DNA of 63,999 nucleotides, filler included, from Aduncisulcus paluster (taxonomy: Eukaryota), in the NCBI GenBank assembly GCA_024181965.1. It is 14 parts of 14 records of this genome, joined end to end, with 100 filler letters (N's around TTAATTAATTAA, not from the genome) between each part and the next. Parts side by side here need not be neighbours in the genome. Positions count along the whole stretch, not along the records: positions 46,144 to 62,329 come from BQXS01011879.1; 13 more parts are not named here. One strand, 5' to 3'. Position numbers and translations under genes: made by a program. The notes under the pieces were generated by a model, which saw only the letters and a list, made by a program, of their open reading frames with translations, was not told where the DNA came from and made no database searches. Shown here piece after piece: positions 46,144-58,124 of this stretch; position 1 is the first letter of the stretch; every line of letters starts with the position of its first letter.

Positions 46144-49100
46144 GGAAAGATCAGTGGTGTCTGTCGATGTCAGGACAAGAGTTGAGATCACAGGTAAATG
46201 TCCATTTCCAACTGAAGCAGCAAAAACTTCATCAGTGAACCCAGATGTCAAAGCAACACTTAGTTCTGTGATTTGAGAAAGAGTCGATATTCGATCAAAA
46301 TTGGAAGGTAGTGTTGAAGAGAAAAAAGAAAACCGCGTGACATTCACCAGATGTTCGATACCAGTAAAATCATTGAGTGTCACTTCGGTGCACGACAACA
46401 AGTCAGAACTAGTTCCAAGGAATTTAAGGGAAGATATTGAAAACAACCCAACCACGCTTTCAATATGAGACGCCTTTTCATCATCAGAAAACATATCCAG
46501 AACACATGTTTTGAGGACAAAATCAGGAAGAATGTCGACACATGCAGCAGTATTATCCTCAACCCGACACTCTTTGCCATATTCACACCCGTAAGCGCAA
46601 GGAATATCGGAAGAACATGTAAACACGGCCGAAGAAGAATAAGAAACGGATGAATTCTGGGCACAGACAGAATTCCATGTATCAGACCCTATCTTAGTCT
46701 CAGAACACACCTTATTGTCAGACAATGAAGGACTATCATCACAATTACATGTTTGATCTGAAGTAGAAACCAGAGATTCGAGTCCAAGAATAACAGAATA
46801 GGCGTCGATATCAGAATTAGAGGTGATTCCACAAACACTACATCCAGAAATATTTAATTCCTTGAGGGAACTGTAAGCTATCAAAACAGAGAGATCACTG
46901 ATATTAGAATTGGAAATGTCCAAAACTTCGATTGATTGAGATAGATTGTAGATATTAGAAAGGGAATAATTATCAAAATAGCTATTCTGAGCAACTAGAT
47001 TGATCAATCCACTGAGATGTTCAAGTTGAGTGGAAGGGACAGTTGTAGAACTCACATCAATAGTCTCCAAAGATGTGTTAATCTGGTATAAGATATTGGA
47101 ATAAAGATAAGAAATATCAGACACTCCAGAATTAGCGAGATAAAGGGTGTTCAGATGAGTTGAAACACTAGCAACCCCTGATATATCGGACAAATTTGGG
47201 TTACGACTCACATCCAACAGTAACAAGTTTGAAAACTTGGCCATAGTTGAGGGATTAATATGTCCATCACCAAGATTTGAATTAGCCACCCTTAGTTCAA
47301 TATATTGGTACGAACCATAGTGGAAACTCCAGTTTAAAACTGGATTATCGTTAACATAAAGATGTGTTATACTAGTCAAGTGACCAATATAGCTCAAATT
47401 ATCAATCAAATTATCACTAACATCAAGTTTTGTAATGTTAATTGCATGTTGGATACCACGAATATATTCAATATCGCAATCAATACATTCCAAAGATTCC
47501 AATAATCTCAAAGATGCCACACTATACAATGATCCATTGTGATCATCCGTTGAAATATCTTCATTGAGTTCAAGACACGAAACAAAGTTTGAATCAGCAA
47601 TAACAAGTTCGCAACTACCCTGGAATGTATCTGTAGCAATTTCCACCTTCTTGCATTCCTTACCATATGCACATCCACCATTACAATTCACATCAGTATC
47701 GTTCCAGCATGTAAATACAGAAGAAGAATCAACGTATGTAACGTATGAATCAGATGCACAGGTTGAATACCAGTGGCCAGATTGATAATATGTCTCAACG
47801 CAGACCTTATTTTCACTAATGGCGTCGATTGACACAATATCATCACACTCACAGACAAATCCATCTGGAGGACTTGAAAATGTAAGTGAAGAGACATTAA
47901 TGAATTTTGATGAAAGAGAAGCTGGTAAATTGATACCACAAATCGGATTCAAATCGATATTTAAATTGGTAAGATTTAACATGTAAAATGGAGAAGGATC
48001 GGAAATATTATTCGATGAAATATCCAAAGTATGAAGATTTTCAAGAGATTCTATCATTGAAACAAGAGGGAATAGATCAACTGGATTTGAAGCATATATC
48101 CCACTGATATCAAGGATCTCAAGGGCACTGTTGAGAGAAAATGAGGAAGGATCGAAAATATCAATGTTGGAACAACCTCGAAGATACAATTCAGTGATCG
48201 TTTCAGCAAGTGAGATAGAAGACACCCCAGTGTATGAGAGGTTGAGAATTGTAATATCATTGAATGTGGGTAAATTCTCCAATGAAGTGAGAGACGTGCA
48301 ACCATTAACATTAATAGAGATTAAAGAGGCCGGGAAGAGAGAGTTTTCCGTCAGATTATAGGTAGTATTATTTGGAATAGATAAGGATACGAGGGATTCA
48401 AGCATCGAAAAATCATAATCCTGTGCAAGATTTACATTATCAAGAGTCAAATCTTCCAAGTTATTCAGGTTGGAATTGAACAGAGATATCAAGTCAATAG
48501 ACCCTAAATCTACATCAAACATACTGAGGGATTGAATAGAATCTGAAATGGGTTCGAGATCATCAAATGATATCTCGTCAGAAGTTCCAGAGCCTTGTAA
48601 AACCAGTGTTTCTATGTTTTTCGCCCAAAACAGCCCCTGTAGAGAGCCATCAATGGTAAAATCGAGATGTTGCACAAAGAGAAACTCCTCACTTGTGACA
48701 TCATCACAATTAGCTTCATGACCAATTTCCAAGCAGATAGCTTCTCGCATGTTGGAAGATGGGATTGTGATATACTCACAATTGTCTCCATGGTAACCTG
48801 AACGACATTCGCAAAGAAAGGAAGAATTTCTGATAAGAGAAACAAACCTATCATTTTGTTCACAAGCTTTACAATTGGTTGTGTTCGATCCCTGATCGCA
48901 TGAAACACATATAGTATTTGATTCATCCCATACATATGAATTCCAGCATTCTGATGCATAGTGGTATGGATAAACCTCCCTACATGTTTTGTTCTCACTT
49001 AACAGCGGAGAATCATCACATTTACATGGTTTGGTAATTGATATTGAAGTAATAACATTATTAGCATAAAAAGTATTGAAGTATGAGACAATATTCGCAG

Positions 49101-51996
49101 CATCACAAATATAATTATCATCAATATCCAAATTCTCCAGGACAGAAACCAAAGAATTTGTCTCAAAAAATGGGGAGAAATCTGAAATATTATTTCCTCG
49201 AAGATTGATCGAAGTCAGAGCAGTGGAGTCTTTTAGCTCCAAGATATCACCGATTCGCCTTATATTACAATCTATCAATGATAAAGTTTGCAAACCAGAT
49301 CTATTTGCATTATTATTAGCTTGAATTTTAATAACCATCCCATCTTGAAACCAAGACAAGGACTTATCAGTAAAATCACCTCCAAGATTGTATCCAGATA
49401 ATATTAGCGTTGTCAGACTACGGATATACTCAAGTCCAACCAAGGAAGTTATTGTAGCGCTCATTGTTGAATCAAACGATACTGAATTTGCTCCTAATTG
49501 AACAAGAGCAGAGACAGGGATAACCCCAGTTGAGGGCAGAGAACTAAACTTATTCCTCAAACCATCTCGGAGATACTGATCGTGAATTGTGTAACAGGTT
49601 GTGCCATCCTGGTAGGCGATAGCAGAGCATGTAACACTATCCGAATCAATATCATAGATTTCATTGTTTCGAAATGTTGGACATCGTATCCCACCATCAG
49701 GAGAACAGTTTGTTTCACTATTACCGGAAATATGAATGCAATTCTGGTAGAACTGAGAAGAAGTTAACGGCTCCGATAATGATAAGTTGGGAAAAATACT
49801 TGTTAATTCAACAAGAACTTCCTCAACAGTTTCAGTGTTACAAAGGGGTAAAATTAGGTTATTAGAAATATCTTTTTTAAATTCTAAATATTCAAGGTTT
49901 TCATTTCGAAAGATAGGAGAAATATCGGTTGCTCCACATCCACTCAAGACTAGATACTCAAGGTTATAGATATTGTATAATGGAGACAAATCCCTGATAT
50001 CCGTTCGCCTATCATAATAATCAGATGCACCCGAATATCCAGAAATATCAAGAGACAAAACATTCACCAGCTCTTTAATGAATGAAATATCAGATAAATA
50101 CAAACCTTTAAGCTCAAAGTCTGTAACACTGATCAAATATTCAAATCCTTCAACTGTTCTCATCAAAAAATGATCATCCACAAAAGAAACGGACTCAGTA
50201 ACTTTAGCAAGATCAAATATATTGTAATCATAATCCGAGCCATCTGGATCAGCAAAATCATCAAGTTGTTGGCGTGTGTAATATGAAGCAAAATGAACAT
50301 TGTACAACTCCGCACAACTATAAATATCATACCAAGAGACTCGACACAAATCTTCAAAATTCCCACCATTATACCGAGATTTACGTCCTAACTGCCGTTC
50401 CGTTGCTTCACTGACCCCTGGTTGAGTAGTACTCACACATGTATAATTATCATAATCAAATGAATATCCATTCCAGCACTCAACAGCCCATCTATCACGA
50501 TACAACTGTTTACATACCTTGAAATCATCAAATGAAAAGCCTTCGGAGCACATACATGGTTTGAGAGTCGGCAGAGTCAACTCAGAATCAATGGTTAAAG
50601 ATGTGAAATTATTATTTAAAGTAGTAATCACTTCAGTACCATTACAAATTGGATTATACTCAATGTTTAATGTTGTTAAATCCCCACTTGAATCAAATAA
50701 TGAACTTGTAAGCAAAACAGAGAGGTCAGAGATGTTATTGTTCGAGATATCAAGATACGAAAACTTAAATGTGTCCGTATAAATATCACCAGAAGCCAAA
50801 GTTGTTAAATCAAGAACATCTTCGAGACGATCGATCCCACATCCACTAAGAGATAAAACAGTCAAATTTGAAGATCCAGAGATCGCTCTAGAGAGAGCTT
50901 TTACAACCAATCGATTGTGTTGATTTCCAGACCCACCAAGATAAAATCCATCAAGATACAATTCTGTTAAGTTTGTTGCATATTCAAGGCCTCTCAAAGA
51001 TTTCACATAACCGGGAACATCAGCAATATCGAAGCTACCGGTTACAAGAGTTCGTATATCACTCACTTTGAGCACTCCAGTTGAGGTTGGAGTTATAGAA
51101 TACTGATCTATCAAGTATTGACGAAGAGATTCATCGTGAATTGTATAGCAAGAGAATGATCCATCAAGATGATATTCAGGATATGAAATTGCAGAACAAT
51201 CGACATAATAACCTCCATATTCGTCATCTACAATCACCTCATTATTCAGGGCATGTGCCAAAATTGATGGACAATCACTTGCATTATTTGTAACATTCAT
51301 CTGGGAATCAAACTTGTCAGTTGTCAAATGAGGAAAGACAGAAACAAAGTACTCCCGAAGGACAGCAATGCTCTCTGCCCAACACATTAGGAGATCAGGA
51401 GATGTTCCAACAAGGAGAAGATCTGTAATGGTAACATTCCGATACAGAGGAGAAATATCATGCAAATTAGGATTCCCATAAAGATCGAGATAATTAAGGC
51501 GAAGATTATAGAATAGAGGAGTAAGAGAGCTTATTTGATTTCCAGCAATCTTCAACCGAAGAAGCTGGCCAGTTGTGCCTTCCAAAGATGATATGGAAGA
51601 AACATTCAAATCATTATTGAGGTTAAACTCGGGCGAAGATACAAAATATTCAATGCCAGTAATGTCAGCAATTGACAACTCTCCCTGTAACTCAATGGGA
51701 GTTGAATAATTTGCAAAAGCAACTGCATCAGAACATTCCGAACCAAGCAACTCCGAGGAACAAAAAAGATTGTTCAAATTAGAATCAGGAATATAATCAT
51801 TAGAAATATACCATTTAGCCGAAATATTAACAAATGAATCAAGGGAATCTTGAATTTCGAGAATTGACAATGAATCAACATCATCATTGAATGAAAAATC
51901 TTGATATGAATTAGATAATGATATAAAAAATAAACAAAAGCTAAAAAACAAAAAAATAAATGTTTTTGAGAGATTGGATAAGAAAAATGTCCACAT
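46144..51996 (-). CDS. Giant (>1950 aa) surface protein of alternating internalin-like LRR blocks and Cys-rich modules, 3' truncated
   Basis: Signal peptide; repeated IPDxN caps, LxxLxLSxNxISDxSPL LRRs and CxC...NKVCxE...W...C modules; EGF-like CECRSGYHGDNC. Paralogous to 30057-32053. Confidence 0.92.
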
Positions 51997-52660
51997 CTGA
52001 AATAATAATGATTTCTTTTATATATATGGTAAAAGTAGTTTCTAAACAGAAATTATAATATAATAACCTAAAATTTCAATCTAATTACTTGTGAAAGAGG
52101 CGAGAATGAAAATATGCTGTAATATTATAATAAAACGAGAAAAAATTAGTAAAATCAATAGAAATTAAAATAAACTCATTGACAAAATAACATACCCTTT
52201 TTGAAAACTCTTTTACCTTGCAAATTGGGCTGGAATCTTTAATTTTTTTTTTTTAGTCGAATTGTTTTGAGCTCAAATTGAAAAATGTTAAAAAAAACTA
52301 TAACTAAGCAAACCCTTTATATTTTATCAATAAATTTGCGATTCTTATTTATTTTTTATCGTGAGCATCAATGTTGCTGCATCATCTCAACTGAAGATCA
52401 TTCGCCAAGTCCAGCAGCGACATCAGTTGTTTCCCCTTCCATTCTTTCCATTTCTCCCTCTCCTTGGCAACGGACTCCTCCTCTTCACAGCCCCCTTAAA
52501 ATAACGAATAAATAGGTTTGTTAGTGAAAGGTCCATGTCTCCAATCTCTAAAAAATTATCGCCATCATCGAACATAATGTACATGAAAAAATAGAAACCG
52601 TTTAAAATTATTTTTAAAATATATAGATGTTATGATCAGTATTATTCATTATAGCGCAAA

Positions 52661-54673
52661 TTATCTTCCAACTTCGCTCAATAACCTCAATTCTTCTTCA
52701 ATAGACCCAATAGGCCGGCTTGAATGTGAATCATGCCCATCATGGATGGTATGTTGGTCAGAATACCCATCTCCGACTGCTCCAATATCTTCAATTGCAG
52801 GGTGATATGCCCCCTGATGATGATCTTCGGGATGATCCCATCTAGGTTGGTGATGCATACCCATTGAATGAGAGTGTTGAGTATGACTGGGGTGGGTTCT
52901 GCGCAACTGATCCACTGATGATCCAAGCTGATCAACACTCATCATTCCGGCAGTTTGAGCCTCAGATTCATATATCATGTCATCAGCTTGCTCATGTTGT
53001 TCTTCTTCATCATCATAGTACTGCCCTCCATGATGCTCTCCCATAGGAACACCTCCGTCGACAACAGCGGAGACGTCTCCATAGACCCACATGTCGGGAG
53101 GAGCATACAGAGAAGGTTCAGAGAGAGGCTGTCGCTTCGATCTCTTCTGATCATCTTTCCACCCGCTGGAATGTGGATGTTTCGAGGAGGAGGAAGAGGA
53201 AGCAGAGGAATGCTTGGATCCACCACCAGACCTGGAAGAAGATCCTTGCTGGGAAGTCTTACCGGCAGCAATCTGGGCAGCTCTGGCAGCACTTTGAGGG
53301 GTCAATGTTATTGGTCTCTGATACTTACCCCTGTGACGTGGAGCTGGCGATCTGGTAGTCACAGCTGGAGCTGTATGAAGGAGCATGGGCCCGGAATGGT
53401 GAGAATGGGAACCTTGGGCAATATGTTCAGTTTGCACAAAATGGTCGGATGATCCAGCCGAATCATGAGGGGGTTCGACGCCATCCAGAGAACTAGCATA
53501 GAAAACCTCATCGTGGTCATAGGAATCTGGGGCAGAATAAATTCGTTTGTGATAATTTGCAGCCAATTCCCTCGAACGTTTTCCGATATTGGGTGAGAAA
53601 GTGTTCGTTTCCCTCGCAGCAATCTCTCGTTGATGGAGAGCTTCTTCCCTACGCCTCTTCTTCTTCTGTTCATAGACCCCGACACGTTGAGCAAGAGGGA
53701 AATGCTTCCTCTCCGACAAAATACGCTTTGATCCTTCACATACTTTGCTTTTCTCCCGAGATTCAGAAGCCTCACGAAGCTCTTTTTCCACAGCTTCCTG
53801 GCGGCGTTTAGCTTTACGCTCATCAAAGAGTTTCCTTTCAGCATACAACCTATCAAACGTGGAGAGTGATGAACCAGAGCCACTTCGGTGACCCATGGAG
53901 CCTCGCTGACGAGAAATGGGATTATCATGCATAATAACAGGCGACCCACTTTTTATCTGCTCCCTACGTTTTTTGATAGTTTGTTGACGCAAAATCTCTG
54001 CCCTAGTCATCCTAATCTTCACATGGGGACTCCTGGGAGGAGGAGAATGAGATATAATGGGTGAATGGCTATATGTTAATGGATCATCGACCTTTCCACT
54101 TTCTAATGCATGAGATAAAATTTCTTTCGTGCTTCGTGACCTGGAATCATGGGAAATAGCGGCTCTATAATCAGATTGAGATACGGCCCCTTTAATACAC
54201 GCTTCCAACAAAGCAAACTTTTCAGCAGTTGATGAATTGGAAAATTCCTGTTGAATACCTTTCTGTTTTACATGCTTAATGGCGGATTGAAGTTGAATCT
54301 TAGCTCTTTCTCTAGGCGACCGAATTTTTTGAAAAACTTCTTGTACAGGCGTCATTTTTGATTTCTTCTCACCAATACTTTCATCATCAGTAATTCTTTT
54401 TTTTGGAGTTACAACTTTATGAAGTTGTTTCATTGGTTGAGTTGGTTTTGAGCTTTGAAGATAATTTTTATCGTCAATAATATCTTTTTTATGAGTTATT
54501 TCCACTTCTTCATGCGATTCTGATGCCGATTCATTTGTTCTACTGTCATTTTCGGACTTTTCAACAGGGGGTGGGCTAGGGGCCAAATCTTGCGGAATAG
54601 GTTGGGGTTGTGGAGGTTTCGATGCTTTTACAATCCGAGAAGATAATGGATTTTTGTATAATTTCACATCCAT
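52661..54673 (-). CDS. Hypothetical disordered protein with TFDRLY and TFSPNI motifs and a His-rich tail
   Basis: 670-aa ORF with ATG and stop. Confidence 0.8.
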   Translation of the reverse strand: MDVKLYKNPLSSRIVKASKPPQPQPIPQDLAPSPPPVEKSENDSRTNESASESHEEVEITHKKDIIDDKNYLQSSKPTQPMKQLHKVVTPKKRITDDESIGEKKSKMTPVQEVFQKIRSPRERAKIQLQSAIKHVKQKGIQQEFSNSSTAEKFALLEACIKGAVSQSDYRAAISHDSRSRSTKEILSHALESGKVDDPLTYSHSPIISHSPPPRSPHVKIRMTRAEILRQQTIKKRREQIKSGSPVIMHDNPISRQRGSMGHRSGSGSSLSTFDRLYAERKLFDERKAKRRQEAVEKELREASESREKSKVCEGSKRILSERKHFPLAQRVGVYEQKKKRRREEALHQREIAARETNTFSPNIGKRSRELAANYHKRIYSAPDSYDHDEVFYASSLDGVEPPHDSAGSSDHFVQTEHIAQGSHSHHSGPMLLHTAPAVTTRSPAPRHRGKYQRPITLTPQSAARAAQIAAGKTSQQGSSSRSGGGSKHSSASSSSSSKHPHSSGWKDDQKRSKRQPLSEPSLYAPPDMWVYGDVSAVVDGGVPMGEHHGGQYYDDEEEQHEQADDMIYESEAQTAGMMSVDQLGSSVDQLRRTHPSHTQHSHSMGMHHQPRWDHPEDHHQGAYHPAIEDIGAVGDGYSDQHTIHDGHDSHSSRPIGSIEEELRLLSEVGR

Positions 54674-54924
54674 TAGCTCAATGGTCTCAAAAAATCAGAA
54701 AAATTCTTGGCGGAGGATATAGAAGTAAAAACAATACAATATACCATAGAACTAAATAGTACATAGTGAAAAAACACCTATTTATTATTAAACGAGTATA
54801 TATTTTCAACCGCGAAACAAGCAAAGATAAACCAATTTAAAATATCCGAAAATGACACCAAGATGAAACAGACATAAAAAATGACACAATCTACAAAAAA
54901 TTTGAAGAAAAAAACTAAATTTGA

Positions 54925-56331
54925 TCACATTTCCTTTACAAAGATTTTTAAAACAGTTGTGTCAGATGGGTCTGAGGTGAGTGGAATTTTCTGTAATTCA
55001 TCCATAAACTCTTTTTTCGAAAACGGATCCACATCAAATGTTCCATATACATAACTACAATGCGTCAGGTCCTGATCCATCTTGGTTGTATCATCAATGG
55101 CTTCTTTGCATTGTTTCTCAGCCATTTTGAATTGAATCCCGTATTTCTCCCCAACACTATTACAATGTCTGACAAGAGCAGACTTAGATTGATCAGGAAT
55201 AGAGGCAGAAAGCTCAAAATATGTCCCTCCGACAGAGGTACTAACTTCGAACTTACTGCTATCCTTGATAAATCCATAACGGGAGAACGAATCTCTCCTT
55301 CCACCACTTTGTTGATGGTATGAAGTTCTCTGGGAACTGCCACGATCACTCCTTGGCCTATGACTTGACCCTCGCCCACGACCTCTGCGAGAACCCCTCT
55401 GACGAGAAGAGTATGACGATTGATGCGAAGATTTGTATGAGGTATCACTACGACGACCCATTGGGGAATGATGGTGAGAATAATACGAGTCACTTGGAGT
55501 CATCTCTCTAGAAGGGCCTGCCATGGTCATCATTGAAGGGGGATAGCCAGAGGAGGGCGTTCTCATGAGTCCATCTGGTTCCGATGGGTTATGGGAATAT
55601 GACGAGGGTTGAGCATATCCCATTGGAGAAATTCCACCCATGTCGTGCGTTGGGTGTATGGTTGGTGATGAATGAAATCCAACGAAAGCCGCATCCAATA
55701 CAGAAGGATTGGTTTGAGTTGTAATATTTTGATGAGGATATGATGAAATAGATTGAGAATGATATCCCTCAGGCATACCCGGTTGGGTGGTTTGGAACAT
55801 CTCGGGCCCTTGAGGGGGGATAACGGGAATATCCTTTTTAGCCACTTCTTTTTCATGTTTATCATCGAGAAACGACTCAAATGATTGTCGGATTATACTA
55901 AGGAATCGTATGGTATGTGAGGCATCGCTGGGATTGGGTGGAGATCTGATAAAAACAAAACTATCATAAAAGGGAGTTACTTCAATCTTATCATGAGGAG
56001 ATTGTTCTTTAATTTCAATTCCATATGTATGGACATGGAAAAGTTGATGATCAATTTGCTCAGAATGCTTTGGGATCTCATGATGAGCCATTCCGATAAC
56101 ATTCGTGAGTGTTTTAAAGTCGCTTCGTTTGGGAATTGCCTTTGAAAAATAATCGTCAATAGCTTTTCTCCCTTCATACGTCTTTCCATTCCTCTTATAT
56201 ATTCCATTTTCTTCAAACATCGCTCCAACAACATGATCATCCGATCTATCATGTTGAATAGTGGAATACTGGTAGAATTTTTTGATTAAATCTCTTATAA
56301 TTAAAGAATGTTGATCCTTTGAAGATTTCAT
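54925..56331 (-). CDS. NTF2-like domain protein with P/S-rich and RG-rich regions (G3BP/Bre5-like architecture)
   Basis: LIKKFYQY...MFEENGIYKRNGKTYEGRKAIDDYF...FYDSFVF...IIRQSF is NTF2-like; RGSRRGRGRG; compact C-terminal domain. Confidence 0.65.
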   Translation of the reverse strand: MKSSKDQHSLIIRDLIKKFYQYSTIQHDRSDDHVVGAMFEENGIYKRNGKTYEGRKAIDDYFSKAIPKRSDFKTLTNVIGMAHHEIPKHSEQIDHQLFHVHTYGIEIKEQSPHDKIEVTPFYDSFVFIRSPPNPSDASHTIRFLSIIRQSFESFLDDKHEKEVAKKDIPVIPPQGPEMFQTTQPGMPEGYHSQSISSYPHQNITTQTNPSVLDAAFVGFHSSPTIHPTHDMGGISPMGYAQPSSYSHNPSEPDGLMRTPSSGYPPSMMTMAGPSREMTPSDSYYSHHHSPMGRRSDTSYKSSHQSSYSSRQRGSRRGRGRGSSHRPRSDRGSSQRTSYHQQSGGRRDSFSRYGFIKDSSKFEVSTSVGGTYFELSASIPDQSKSALVRHCNSVGEKYGIQFKMAEKQCKEAIDDTTKMDQDLTHCSYVYGTFDVDPFSKKEFMDELQKIPLTSDPSDTTVLKIFVKEM

Positions 56332-56840
56332 TACCGATCAGACGAGCAAAAACAGCTCTAAGAAAGAAGAAAGTTCAATTTCAAAACCCCTTGTTGTGAG
56401 AGCTTAGATGGTGAACATATCTAAAAATCGCACTATTTGATTAGAAATTGAAAAAATATACAAAAAAACCATCGATTAATTTTGAACTTCCCTCTTAAAC
56501 TCAACTCTTAGATTCATCTTGCTTCAAATTTCATAAAATGCATTGAAATCTGTTCATTCACATTTTCTTTTTATAAACACGGCATGGAAACATCATTTCT
56601 TTTGGAAATAATGATCCCAACTTCCTCTCCGAAAAAATCTCATTTATAAAGTTTTTTGTCTTATTTTATTGGTATTGGGAAAATTAATGCATCAAATATA
56701 TTTGTATTGTTTTTTTTAGGTTGAATTATGGTTCTGTTTTTGGTCTATTTTTGGATGTCACGGTTTATTCCATTTTCAAAACACAATTCCAAATTTGTTT
56801 ACACTTATTGTTAATCTATCTACAATAATATCTTATTTTA

Positions 56841-57818
56841 ATGGTTGTCATTGGAAAACTATCTATTGAAGTGGTCGAATGCCAGAATCTTGTTGCTGCT
56901 GATATTGGTGGTAAATCTGATCCTTATGTTAAGGTTAAGCTTGGAGATCTCCAATGCCGTACCAAAACTTACAAAAACACACTCAACCCCAAATTCCACG
57001 AATCATTTATTTTCCCTGAGGTGAGATCCTGTGACGAGGCTTATATCAAGGTTAAAGATGAGGATGTTGGTAAATCCGATGAAATTGGAGAAATCACCCT
57101 CCTTGTCAGCCAATTGAGGAACAAACAACTCACTGATGTTTGGTTCACTCTCAAAAATGTTGCTCATGGTCGTTTGAGGCTTCGTATCAAATTCGAGGCT
57201 GATGAATTCGCTGAAGGTCAACCTCTTGGTTCCAATCCTCTTTTGGATGCTGCTGGTCGTCCAGTCCCAGGATCTGGTATTTCTGCTGCTGGAGCTATGG
57301 GACCTTCTGTTGGTATGGGGATGGGTGCTGGTATGGGTGCCGGAATGGGTGCCGGAATGGGTGCCTCTCCTTTTGCCGCTTCTACCACTGTTACAGCTTC
57401 CACCATGGCAGCTCAGATGGCTCAAGTTCAGCAACAAACTGCTCTCGAGATGCAGAAAGTTCAGTTAGCCAAGGCTCAACAGCAAGCTGCCATGGCTCGT
57501 GCCCAAGCCTCTCAAGCTCAAGCCCAAGCTCAAGCTTCAATGACTATGGGTGGCATGGGTTCTGGTATGGGAATGGGACCTCAACCTATGGGTATGGGTG
57601 CTCCAGGTATGGGTATGGGTCCTCAACCTATGGGTATGGGTAGTCCTTCTATGGGCATGGGTCCTCAACCTATGGGTATGGGTGGTCCTAGCATGGGTAT
57701 GGGTGGTCCTTCTATGGGCATGGGTCCTCAACCTATGGGTATGGGTGGTCCTAGCATGGGTATGGGTGGTCCTTCTATGGGAGGAAACCCCTATGGTGGC
57801 CCTGGAATGGGATTCTAA
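56841..57818 (+). CDS. C2 domain protein with Met/Gly/Pro-rich repeat tail
   Basis: LSIEVVECQNLVAADIGGKSDPYVKV...KNTLNPKFHESF...VKDEDVGKSDEIG retains the Ca-binding Asp residues; (MGMGPQP/MGMGGPS)n tail. Confidence 0.92.
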   Translation: MVVIGKLSIEVVECQNLVAADIGGKSDPYVKVKLGDLQCRTKTYKNTLNPKFHESFIFPEVRSCDEAYIKVKDEDVGKSDEIGEITLLVSQLRNKQLTDVWFTLKNVAHGRLRLRIKFEADEFAEGQPLGSNPLLDAAGRPVPGSGISAAGAMGPSVGMGMGAGMGAGMGAGMGASPFAASTTVTASTMAAQMAQVQQQTALEMQKVQLAKAQQQAAMARAQASQAQAQAQASMTMGGMGSGMGMGPQPMGMGAPGMGMGPQPMGMGSPSMGMGPQPMGMGGPSMGMGGPSMGMGPQPMGMGGPSMGMGGPSMGGNPYGGPGMGF

Positions 57819-58124
57819 GCGTGTGTAATAAATTAACATTGTTGCGTCAAATTTTCAATGATCTAAAATATAATGCTGTTCGATATTATATACAAAATTG
57901 ACAATAGATGCCAATTATCATCTCAAAAACAGAATATTTTCAAGACTTCCCCAGAAATTTCAGGAAGAATTCGAGATCTCCATAAAAAAAGAGTAAAAAA
58001 TATTTTTGACTTATATAACAGAAAAATATACCATTGTATATTCAGTTCTTGAACAAAATATTTACTTATACTACGATGGCCGCTAAAAAACCAAATTTGT
58101 ATCAAATATCGGTCGGGAAGGATA

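Noticed and set aside
57537..57839. Antisense and alternative-frame repetitive ORFs over the C2 gene and over other E/K- or S-rich genes
   Set aside because: Frame shadows of low-complexity coding repeats.
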